64,000 nt of DNA from Balanoglossus misakiensis. Taxonomy: Eukaryota; Animalia; Hemichordata. This document shows, piece after piece, positions 50,866 through 61,977 of this stretch. Every line of letters begins with the position of its first letter. Within the stretch, counting starts at the first letter, position 1. Below the pieces are notes generated by a model, which was given only the letters and a program-made list of their open reading frames with translations, did not search any database and was not told the origin of the DNA. The DNA is taken from assembly GCA_040954595.2 (NCBI GenBank), contig CM082576.2, positions 3,384,760 through 3,448,759 on the forward strand, written 5' to 3'. Made by a program: the position numbers and the translations under genes.

Positions 50866-53800
50866 GGCGGTCTAGGATAGTCACTTAAAGATGCTACCTT
50901 GGCAACTAATTACCCTGCAAAAGTAGAAGGAAATGAGGCGCATTGTCTGCGAGATTCACTCGACAGACACGGTTACATTATCCAAGTTTCTTTCCCCTCC
51001 CGGCAAACTGGTGTGTCATCTTTTGTAGGCAATCGCAGTGCCAATTGCTGAATTCTAGCGTCCACAATACCGAGCGTCTTGCATCTTCTCGCTTCAGGTT
51101 AATGAAAGGGATGTGTAAAGCAGAATTGAGAATCCTGGAACACTACCATTTTAATGTTGCTCACTGTTATCTGCTCAAGAAGGAGAAAATGATTAATTTT
51201 CACCTTTTAAATGGAAAGTTGTGGCATACTGAACAAGCTGACCTGATCATTCCGACTGACTTCCTGGTAATACTCGAGTTCTGACTCAACACACCTCATT
51301 AGGGATGAGTCAATGACTTCTGATGTCTTTGTTAAATGTAGACATTTCAAATTTGATACTGTGTCCCCTGCGCATGATTATCAATTTCAGCTTCTTGCAA
51401 ATTTTGGCGCCCCGGCTGTTTACTCAAGGTAATGTGAATAAAAATATCATCTGAAGTAAGTCCTGCCTGACTCTACGTACTCACAGTGCAAAGTTGCAAC
51501 ACCTCCTCTTATTGCCTTGTTTAACCTGTGACGCCCTTATTACCCTCCCCCTCCCCAATAACATAGTACCCATGGAATACCCCCATTAAGCTGTACAGCC
51601 AGCACATCACATCTTGCGGACTCCCACCAATTCCAATTCAACACCATACATGTATATCTACCGCCAAATCACAATGAGCTTTGTGACTGCACAGTAGATA
51701 TCCTTGAACCACTTATCTCAATGTTCTCCTCTGTTATCTGGATTGAAATAATGACAGGGGTTAATCCTTTCATCTGCTAATTTGTCTGCAAATTAACTGC
51801 GGTCTCGCTAAACAGTACATTATCCCGATAACCTAATGGCCGGAATTTCCTCCCCGTACTTTGTGAACTGTGTACTGTCATAGAGTGGATTTAAAAACAG
51901 TTACCAAACACACAGGGCTGTGTAGAAAAGAATACCGACTTTTCCTTTGTCAGTTGCTAGGTGCGCAAACGCTGCAGCAGTTCAGACTGTGTCATTGTTC
52001 TGTGGTGTCAATTACGTGATTTTAACAAAATACAAGAATTTCAAATTTATGATATTTTACCTGTATTGGGAGATTGTCTGTGATTGCAGAGATTTTTACA
52101 TTTGCATTCACGATTGATCGAGATTTCCGAGTCGTGGGTAAATCAGCTGGAATAGCATCCTTCAAGACAATTTGGGTTGAGTCACTGACAGAGAGCAATG
52201 TGTTTCGATTCATGGCTGCTAGCACTGTCAGAAAACGGTGACGCCATCGTAATCATCTCTCCTACTCGCTGGGAGTCAACATGTGGTGCATTCAAGTTGA
52301 GTGCATCGCAGTCTTCGTGTCAAGGCTCTGTGTATGCCGTCATCTGCACAATTGGATCGTGAGGAAGAGAACTGTGGGGTTCGAAAAAAATAGGAATTCT
52401 TCACTCTTGTTTATAATTATGTGCGCATTTCTAAAGATATAACTTTTTGATATCTATAAAACGCGATTCTTCGGGCAGCATCGCGAAACATTTCTAAGGG
52501 TGCTCGGTGCAGACGAATATAAAAAGTTTGCAGAAGAATATCACAATATAAAAGTTTTCGTCAAATTCCCGTTTCGTCCCACCCAGGACGAATGTACGTA
52601 TCGATAACGCCCGCGTACTACTTTGGGCGTGGCCGTTGCCATGGAAGCACTTTTCTGAGCTGCCCATCAACTTTAATAAGAGAGTGGCGCATCCGTGAAC
52701 AGTAGTAACAGGATTCAAAGTACGAAGGTATCCCTGTTGGTTATTCTGCGCCCCATGGAAATTGCAGGGCACGTTTCTGAAGCCATAACCAACTATGGAT
52801 TAATAAAGAAGTATCCGATTCCTTAATTATAGGATCGGGTATCAATCCTTTACCGATCGGGTTGATTTGCAGTTGTCGAATTTTGCTTGCTGAACAGATT
52901 GATTAATTGCATTGGCTGTCGTAGTACTTAAAAATCGATACCTTATACCTCGATAATTAATGAGTACACATTAATAAAAATGTTTGCTCCTCAACATCTT
53001 TATTGTGAGATCCTATCGTATGATATTTCATTTTTGTACCCCAAGTCTTTCCGTGAATTGTGGGGCTTTCGTCATCCTGTCCGACTTCGGCGCTGAACTC
53101 TCTCCCTTCTCCTTTCTTGACAAAACCGCATCATCACGTCCGCCGCGTTTCCCGTCCTCAGCCTTCTCGACTTTCCCATGGGGAACAGTAGTAACATTCT
53201 CACGTGTTCGGTCGCCCTGTGCTTCCAGAGAATGCATCTGGCATTACAGGGAAATTCGAGGAATGCTACCAATCTCTATTTACAGTTGTTGTATTTTGCC
53301 GCGCGGTATAGGCTTTCACTTGGCGCGAAACTTCCCTTCAAAATTCATCGGAATACATATAGATTTTCATCGTGTGTGATATAAAGTTGCACAGGCGAGA
53401 CGGTGAACGATCCTCGTCGTTTTTTCTTTGTGATACCGTATACTACAGGAAATAAAGAAGAGTGTATGCTTGTTGAGGTGCGTACCCTGAGGGTTACAGC
53501 TGTTCCCTGCCAAACTGAAATATCGCTGCCGTCGTTCGCCCCCCCCCCCCCTCCTCCCACCCTGTGATCTGTGGGGAGAATACCGTTTTTAGATGGGTAA
53601 AAACGCCGCCTTGCTTTTGCAAAAAATAGAAACCGGCGCACATCTTACCAACGCAGCTGTGCTTTCTCCCTTCGAACGCTGTATTAGAGCCTTTATAGAC
53701 CCGGGGAAAAGCCACCGTAGACGTCTCCCCTCGGGGAATACAAGCGCATCGAATGGAGAATGTAATCCCCCACCTCTGGCAAATACTATGACTGGAAAAT

Positions 53801-56800
53801 GCAGTCTACCCACTCTCCGCCGAAGCGAACTCGAGTTTCAAAGGACCTGAGCTCTGAGGCGACGGTAATTCGATCTCCAGCCCTGCAATGAATTTTCTGG
53901 TGGTGACGTATACGGTTACATTCCAGACACTCAGCACCGGGGTTCTCCGTGGCGCTTCGTTAATGGCACTTCTTCTCCTGTTCCTAATTACCCCGCCCCG
54001 AATGCGGGCTAGTGCGGTGCCCCCGGGCGTGTCCCCCGGGGGATTGAACCGACAGAGGGGGAAAATGCCCCGCTTACGGTCCCCCCCCCCCCTCGTCTGA
54101 TTTTGATAACTGGATGCAGACCCGGTTCCAGTTACGTTTTAATTACCCTAGTCATCGCATGCATCGATCAGGTTACCGCCCGAGAACGTCAAATGACGTG
54201 AAAAACGTCCATCCCAGGGAAAACAGATTGTTCGCATCGGATATCACGAACCGAGACATAACTTATCTCGGGTTACTCGCATGCAGGCAGAGGTCGCCCC
54301 GTTTTGTTTAGACGGACGTGCCGTTCGAAAACGGGTGCATCTAGATTTCTTTCAGCGGTGTCAGCCATGCGAGAAAAATTATGGAGTTCCGAAATTCCGC
54401 GCCGGGCCCGTCATCTTCTTTCTTAAACGAAATCTCGTAATATAGAGCATTCAGGTTTTACTATTATGGTCGCAAGAGCCCAAAACTTGACCTATTTGAC
54501 CTCCCGTATTCTTCAATGGTTGAAACGGATGTTGTTTCACAAGGGCGTTGCCGCCTTCTATATTTAGTGTTTGGAAGACTGGTCGTCCATATCCGAACAT
54601 ATAACTTAATATTTGTTTAAAATTGTTCTTTTATATATTTCTTCTAAATATCGACGATTTAGAATTCGTCAGCCCCATGAAACAGGTATATACGTATATG
54701 CTAACTCGTGTAACATAAATAAATAAGGGCCAATAGATGCTGTGATTCAAGTTGTAATAGCGTCTGTAACTGGAATATCCTCATGCATTCGATCAAATAT
54801 ATTCAGTTGGCTACAAGCACAGTAATCTTTATTTTCATCGAATATCGTATATATATCAAATAGAATCGCAACATTCGTATCGGTTCGTCGGCCTCGGTAT
54901 ATACCGATAACCGGGCATAATCAAATATGTACATTTTGCCCGTTGATGAAAAACACGGCCGACTTAATTTCCTTTCGAATATTGGATTCGCGTCACGAAT
55001 TCCCGCAACATTTAATGGGCTCCGAGCCTCTCCCATGAAAAGGTAAAGTTTAATGATGGCGATGGAAACGAGATATATTACAGCCTTGCTTTCGATCGAA
55101 GTGACAGAACGGTCTGACGAATGCAAAAATGCACGTGTCCCAGTTTTTTGATAAATTGAAGAGTTGTGCAGAGGTACATTCTTGTGTGTTTTGTTTATCC
55201 CTGCGTAATATATCTGAGACTAACGAGCGTTGCGGTGTTTGATTGACTTGGGGCCAGTGGGAGAAACCGCACGCGCTCGCATGCACATATATGCATGCAC
55301 TCACCTGTGCAACTATATTCCCGCACTGAGTACATGACTTGTACAGAAAGGCAGTTCAAGTACTGCGTTTAATGGTGCTTTTCTGTCTGATTAAGCCCGG
55401 GACGCCGCGTATAATTGGAAACGACTCAAAGGTAGCGGCGTTTCCAAGCAGTTCTCCGTCATCGCATCACTTGAACGACGAAACATTCGGACGTTGCCAG
55501 ACGACACTGCCGAGAAAACTTAATGTCTGAGCGTCTCCTTTTCTATAACCCCTGCTCTCGACAGTGACACGCTGAAGTGATGTGCGGATGCTGGGTGCTT
55601 TTTTATCAGCGACTATTTGCTTGCAGCTCTTTTATATGTAGTCCGGGTTTCCTAGCAGGGGATGAAGTCGATGCAACCATGGCGCTGCATACTGAATTGT
55701 CAGAACCTGGGTCTGATTTTTTTTACGTCCGTTAGCGGCCGACCGATGATGGATCACTCTTCCCTGTCATAAAAGGTGCCTGATCCCGTAACAGTCACCA
55801 CGCCAACTGATTGTGATTTGCGAATTATGACATTTAAACCGGCCGTATCACTTGCGGGTTTTTCCCCCATGTTGGCGAGACTGAGTGGCTGGCATCGAAC
55901 GACGGATGAGCTTGTGCAGTCGTATTTTTGGCTTCTTTTGCCAGCATCTCGCGTTATTACCGCCCATAAAAGAAAGGGGTTCGTAATGGATTTTTCATAA
56001 GAATTGTTTATCCGTGTCCCGGGGCCTTTCTTTCTTGTTCATTGTCGTAATACCCTATAGCTTTTGTCCAACTTTTACTTGGTTCTTTCCGAAGCAGGCT
56101 TGCCAGTGGCATTTGCGTTCTGCACTCCATCTTATTTTTTCCTGTGTGCTTGCTTTGCATTCCGTTTCAGTGTACTTCTTTAATAGATCGGCGAGTCTCT
56201 TTCTTCCCATAGATTGTCGCCGCCTCAAGCCACACAATCAATTCGCATATTGAACTTTTAATATCTACGCTATTTCCGTTGACGAAATGAATTTTCGCAT
56301 TACTCATATTTCGGATGTGGCCATTTATGCAGAGGGGGATTCTGGCGATAGCAGAATGTCGGATGAGGCGAACAAAAATATTCCCGTCTTCCGATTGGAA
56401 ACAGTCTGGCCGTTCATGTTCACCTTTGGGCGATCAATAGCGGTGTCAACAGCTGCGCCGTACGTTCTGTAACCTGGTCACAGCGAATGCAGGTGAACGT
56501 TATGGAGAAGGGAAGGGGTAAATGAATCGTCACTGACTGGCGGCCATGTCGCAAGTCTTTGAGATACGATATTTTGACTATTTGGTATTCACCCCCCCCC
56601 CCCCCGAGCGTCCGACGCTTCCTTTGGACGGGGCCTTTTCGGTAGGAGAAACTCCTGCAGTAGTTGTTTGATTCCCTCAATAAAGGCTGCACCGTACTTT
56701 AAAACGAACAAAGTTGGGAAGAAAATGTTACTGTTTGCTCCTTGAAGGACCTGGCCGTGTGCGTCAGTTGCCTTTCAGCAGAATTCTAGCCCTGGGGCAG

Positions 56801-58719
56801 TAACTCATTTTAGCATATGTTCCATTTATTCAAAGGGGACATTGTTAAGTACCGGTTGAAAACATGTCTTGCATGCAGATATAGTAGTTTACGTGTAACG
56901 AGCTGAGGTCGCCTCGGTCTTGTGTCTCGCAAACGTGTTCACTCTCTTCTCAGACACCATCGGTTGCCATGGCGATTGTTTTTTCTCAAGGGGGAGGGTC
57001 TATTCAACATCCCAGAGGGGAGACTTTACCCAGACCGACCTAGCCAGTCAGTGTGGATCGGACGATGGGCTAAACCCAGGCTATAGGGGTAAACCGTGCC
57101 TAATGTTTAGTTTCACGTCTGCTGACGGCTTCGTTCGAAGTTGTTGATTAATCCGTTTTCAATCTGATATGTTGATTTGAAGAATAGCCTCTATATATGT
57201 AGCATGGGGGCACTACATATATGCGCATGAATGCAGGGAAACGAGACGTTTTTTTATTTACGAGATCTGGTACGCGCATCGTGCGTAACTGTGATCTTTC
57301 GCTATTCGATCATTTCGACGAGGCTGTAAGGCATTGACATGACTATGGATCGCTGAGCCCTGTGTTTCCATTTCCGTTCCTCTGTCACATAGATCAATGA
57401 GCTTCGGCCGGGCCTGTTTCATTTTATGAGTAGCCTCAAACACAAAGGCGTGCGGCCTGTCTCTTTTTAGTGCACCGATGTTGGCAATCAGTCTGTAGGC
57501 TAGGTTGTTAGCGCGATGAAAGATGTCCCTCTTTGCGGACAGCCCGGGGCATTTCCAGAATAGATAGTCGGAATATTAAAGTGTACAGCCGAGTGGCGGA
57601 CGTGTATTTCCTTTACCTGTGTTCCCCCTCCAGCTGTCGGTGCTGCGAAATTCTAATTAAAGCTGCATTCTAGAAGGGTGGCGTAGAGTGAAAATGACAA
57701 TCTTATACGATCTATCACTTCTGAAACTAGTGTCGTATACTGCTCGCCCGCCAGTTTATACTTAACTTTGACCACCCACCCCCATCCGAAAACAGTTTTC
57801 TTTTCGCGCATTTCGAAGTTGACAGGTGGCAACTAAGGTGTGTTTTACCGAAGTTCCAATAATGCGATAATGTACAAACACTTGTTTTAATAAATGTTTC
57901 ATAAATGCAAAATTGTGTGGCCGTGGGTATATCGACACATCACGTGGTATTTTCCACTTTTGGGATGTCAACAAGTTTGATCAATTACCGGAAAACCCTC
58001 GCACTATTATTTCTGACCCACCGACGGCTGAATCCGTACCGAAGGAAATAAATTGCTCGGCGGCTGTGTTCTTTTTTACCCTGGCCGTTCCGCCGCGCCA
58101 CCACGCATTCATCAGCCGAGAGTTTCAGTGGCAACACTGCCTCCGGTGGGGTGTGACGTCACTGGAATGATGAGCGTGATAGTGTTGGTGACGTAGTTAT
58201 GTTTAGTATGCGGGGCACGTATTGCCCATATCACAAGGGGACCCATTACTGTCAGCCAGTGTAGGTTCCGACAACAAATATCCCATGACATCTTTGCCGC
58301 ATTTTTTACTGTCTTTCTGTTGTTGTTTTTTACGCCCAGAGTACACCACATAAAAGAGTGTTGCCAAGACGACTGGTGACTGTGATTTAGTCATTTTATA
58401 TTAGGCTGCATCAGTGTGTTTGTGTACCGTTCCTTTTGCAGCCCTTTGCAGTATCGCGGATTTAGGGTTTATACAAACGTTAAATAGGCGAATTGTTCAT
58501 TTAGACAGTTGACTATATACATGTACACACCACACTATACTATGTTTATCACAAGCGATGGGTTTAACTGTACTAGTGTACCTTCGTATCATAAATATTA
58601 ATGCGAATAAATCTTCAGTGCGTACGCCATATATAGCACTGTTATGTCAAATGTAAGCTTATAAAAAACTTTTTTTATATGTCTGTGTGATTTTGGAGCG
58701 ATATGAACCATGGCCGCGA

Positions 58720-58870
58720 TACGATACGTCACTGAGCAACCATTAACATGTCACGCGGTGGATAACGGTTCGGCTATCTCAGCGGCTCTTTTATATCTGC
58801 CCTTCCGCCATCGCCATGGCAACCGAGAAATCCCCTTTGAGCTAGTCAGCAAAAAGATGGCTTCCTATCT
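58720..58870 (+). promoter_or_regulatory. Probable IRF2BP core promoter
   Basis: A CpG-rich segment contains a CRE-like TACGTCA, an RFX X-box-like ATCGCCATGGCAAC (58810-58823) and a YY1-like AAGATGGC (about 58854), about 1.2 kb upstream of the ATG. The transcription start site (TSS) itself is inferred. Confidence 0.45.
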
Positions 58871-59370
58871 AGACGAGATGTTTGCTCTCCCGCCTTCAAT
58901 CTCGGGCCCTGTTTTAATCGTCTCGTTCGTCAGTTTTATAGTGCCTTTCGCAACCAGTAAAATACGACAGCGTGAAAGGGGACTTTGAACTGATAGAACA
59001 TCGGTCAACATCTGGGAAATTTTCCCCGAGTGTTGCCTCTTCTGTCGCCAGAAAAAAAAACATTGTATTGACGTCGGATATTTGTAATGCTTTCGGCTCG
59101 GTTTGTCATCCGATATATCTTCTCCATAATTTTCAAAGGGGTGAAATTGAAGCTGCCCTGTTTTGACCACTTCCCCTGTGCTATCAAGTTTCTGTGTATA
59201 ATTAGGAAACCGTGATGCGATTGTGAAGGCTATTGCGGTGTGTTTTACTGGCACGTATATACAGTGCGCATTCCTCTCACTGCACGTGAGTGAACTAGGA
59301 ATGCGAAAACACGATCCCACTTAAGTCGTCGGTGCATGTCATTACGCATGCCCAGTGGCCGTGCTTGCCT

Positions 59371-59828
59371 TAGTCTCGGTTACCCAGACGCCTTTGCTCT
59401 TCCGATGCTCTCCAGAAAGAGGGTCTGGGGAAATGCTATTGAAAGCTTTGTAAAACAAAATGGCCGATGTCAGGATTTTGATCATCGCCTGATTGGCTGA
59501 GCTGTCAGTATGACCCGGGTCACTGACTCTCGACAATGTGTGATTTTTTGTCGTATCTTCATATCAAGAGACCGGTACTTGTTGGTTGATGCGAAAGGCA
59601 AAAGGCGTCCTCTGTTAGCATTGTTGGAGAAATTATATGAAATATCTTTGGGAGACGATTGTCGAAACTATTGCAGTGACCCGGGTCATACTGACAGCTC
59701 AGCCAATCAGGCGATGATCAAAATCCTGACATCGGCCATTTTGTTTTACAAAGCTTTCAATAGCATTTCCCCAGACCCTTTTTCTGGAGAGCATCGGAAG
59801 AGCAAAGGCGTCTGGGTAACCGAGACTA
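59371..59828. mobile_element. Young non-autonomous DNA transposon (Mutator-like MITE) with 155-bp terminal inverted repeats and a 9-bp TSD
   Basis: 59371-59525 is the reverse complement of 59674-59828, with one mismatch seen, around a 148-bp spacer. The direct repeat TGCTTGCCT is at 59362-59370 and 59829-59837. Confidence 0.92.
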
Positions 59829-60033
59829 TGCTTGCCTGTGAAAGATTTTTGCTGAAGCGAAGTCGTGCAGGCATATCCTCACACGGTCAGTAACTGTGAT
59901 AGAGCAGCTGGTTGTGATCTGCGCTTCCGTACGAATAACAACGCGTCACCAGGCATACAAGAGAAAAGGTACAGTGCTGACTGTGACTCACGGATATTAT
60001 GAATTTCTGGGCAGTTCCTCGTATCCATTAGGA

Positions 60034-61977
60034 ATGTCCCTGCCGCTCAGAATGCATCGACAACATTGTTATTTGTGTGATCTGCCGAGAACACCATGGG
60101 CTATACTACATGACTTTTCCGAACCCGTCTGCCGTGGCTGTGTGAATTATGAGGGACCCGATCGCATCGAGTTGGTCATCGAGGCAGCGCGTCAGATGAA
60201 ACGAGCCCATGGTTTCCAGGACGCTAAACCGTTTCACAAAGCCCCACCGCCGCCTCACGGACCACCCGGCCACGGGCACCACGGCCCGCCGCCGCAGAGT
60301 TTACCTCCCCGTAACGTAAGTGTGCACGAAGGCAGCAGTCAGATGGAGAACAGTCCCCGGCCACCTCTAGCGCCGCACATCGGGCCTCACGTCGATCGCT
60401 ACCCAATACACGACAGGTCACGTTCTCTTCACGAGTACGCACCCCAACATCAGCGACTAGTGGCCAACGGACCGGGTAATTTCCACGGGGAGGAAGTGTC
60501 CGAAGGTAATCGGCGAAGCCCCGCGATGGTCAGGGGAAACCCTCATCCGCCAGGCGTCCCGATTCACGTGAGTAACAACACGGCGGCTATTCCGCCAGCC
60601 CCGCGGCCGGCACTTGGGCCACCACCGCCAACATCGACGGCAAGCAATGCGAATTCTACGAACAACAACAAGCGACCATTGCCAGATCGTGACCGCGAGT
60701 CGGACCGCGAGAGAGACGACGACAGCTCGAATAACAGCGATACAGATCGTCGTCTTGGTGAGGACACGTACAGTCAAAGGCCCGCACTGGTTAGACAAAC
60801 ATTAGCGTCGCTTTCCAACTGCACACCTTTTGAAATTCGTTTCAAAAAGGACCACTCTTTAGTTGGTCGTGTGTTTTCGTTCGACGCGAGCTCTAAACCA
60901 GGTCTGGACTATGAGCTGAAGTTGTTCATTGAGTACCCGCTCGGCTCCAACAGCGTCTACTCGAGTGCATCAGGTGTTGCGAAACAGATGTACCAAGATT
61001 GCATGAAAGACTTTGGCAAGGGATTGTCGTCCGGTTTCAAATATCTCGAGTACGAAAAGAAACACGGAAGTGGCGACTGGCGTATACTTGGAGATTTGTT
61101 GCCCGAAGCGGTGAGGTTTTTCAAGGAAACCGTCAATCCAGAAATGCTACCTCAGCCGTACATCGACGCAAGCTACCCGATGTTGCCGAGCGCGGTGCCG
61201 ACCACCATCGCACGACATATCCCGAAAGTGAAGAAACGAAAGTCGTCGCCCGGGCCCGAAGGTGACGGCGGCGGCAAACTCAGCGACGAGCAGCACCAGC
61301 GCCAGCAGTGGATCCAAAGCCAGGCCGAAGCACTCAAGCTAACCATGGCGTCGACGGGCTATTCTGGGAATTCCGGACCACCAAGTTCATCGGTGTCACC
61401 GGTCAGTAACCCCACTTCTGGCACCCCGCCGGAGACAGCGAGTACAACCCAAGGGGGCGGACCTTCACCGATGGCGGCCCTGATGTCAGTCACAGACAAC
61501 CTGGTCACCCCGATATCGCCCGGCAAAGGCCACGACTCTGTGCTGGGACACATGTCTAACATCGGCCATACCCACATCAATCCCCCCTCCCCGAGCACCG
61601 CCCACAGAAGAGCCCTGTACCGCAGCAAAGAGCTCGGGATCATGCAGAGTGCAGCCGACGCCAGCATCAGCTCGAACTCCAACAATTTACCCGATTCCTC
61701 AGTTTCTAATAACAGCGTACTCAAGTGCACCATATGCCACGAGCGTTTGGAAGACACACACTTTGTTCAGTGCCCATCTGTTCCATCTCACAAGTTCTGC
61801 TTCCCTTGCTCGCGTGATAGCATAAAGAAACAAGGCACTGCAGGGGAGGTGTACTGCCCGAGTGGACAAAAGTGTCCCCTCGTTGGCACCAACACGCCGT
61901 GGGCATTCATGCAGGGGGAGATTGCAACAATCCTGGGTGACCATGAGGTAAAGGTTAAGAAAGAACGAGAGGTTTAA
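60034..61977 (+). CDS. IRF2BPL: IRF2BP-family transcriptional corepressor / E3 ligase (IRF2BPL/EAP1-like), intronless, 647 aa
   Basis: Has the N-terminal C4 zinc finger [14 protein letters not shown]...[10 protein letters not shown], the middle domain [17 protein letters not shown]...[24 protein letters not shown], the C-terminal C3HC4 [34 protein letters not shown], and the terminal VKVKKERE. It is probably the single pro-ortholog of IRF2BP1/2/L. Confidence 0.95.
   Translation: MSLPLRMHRQHCYLCDLPRTPWAILHDFSEPVCRGCVNYEGPDRIELVIEAARQMKRAHGFQDAKPFHKAPPPPHGPPGHGHHGPPPQSLPPRNVSVHEGSSQMENSPRPPLAPHIGPHVDRYPIHDRSRSLHEYAPQHQRLVANGPGNFHGEEVSEGNRRSPAMVRGNPHPPGVPIHVSNNTAAIPPAPRPALGPPPPTSTASNANSTNNNKRPLPDRDRESDRERDDDSSNNSDTDRRLGEDTYSQRPALVRQTLASLSNCTPFEIRFKKDHSLVGRVFSFDASSKPGLDYELKLFIEYPLGSNSVYSSASGVAKQMYQDCMKDFGKGLSSGFKYLEYEKKHGSGDWRILGDLLPEAVRFFKETVNPEMLPQPYIDASYPMLPSAVPTTIARHIPKVKKRKSSPGPEGDGGGKLSDEQHQRQQWIQSQAEALKLTMASTGYSGNSGPPSSSVSPVSNPTSGTPPETASTTQGGGPSPMAALMSVTDNLVTPISPGKGHDSVLGHMSNIGHTHINPPSPSTAHRRALYRSKELGIMQSAADASISSNSNNLPDSSVSNNSVLKCTICHERLEDTHFVQCPSVPSHKFCFPCSRDSIKKQGTAGEVYCPSGQKCPLVGTNTPWAFMQGEIATILGDHEVKVKKEREV

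Noticed and set aside
59342-59893. Two opposite-strand ORFs sharing the peptide SDPGHTDSSANQAMIKILTSAILFYKAF
   Set aside because: This is a direct consequence of the MITE inverted repeat, and there is no transposase similarity.
59896-60033. 46-codon in-frame N-terminal extension of IRF2BP from a GTG
   Set aside because: Family homology starts right after the ATG at 60034, and nothing supports non-AUG initiation.
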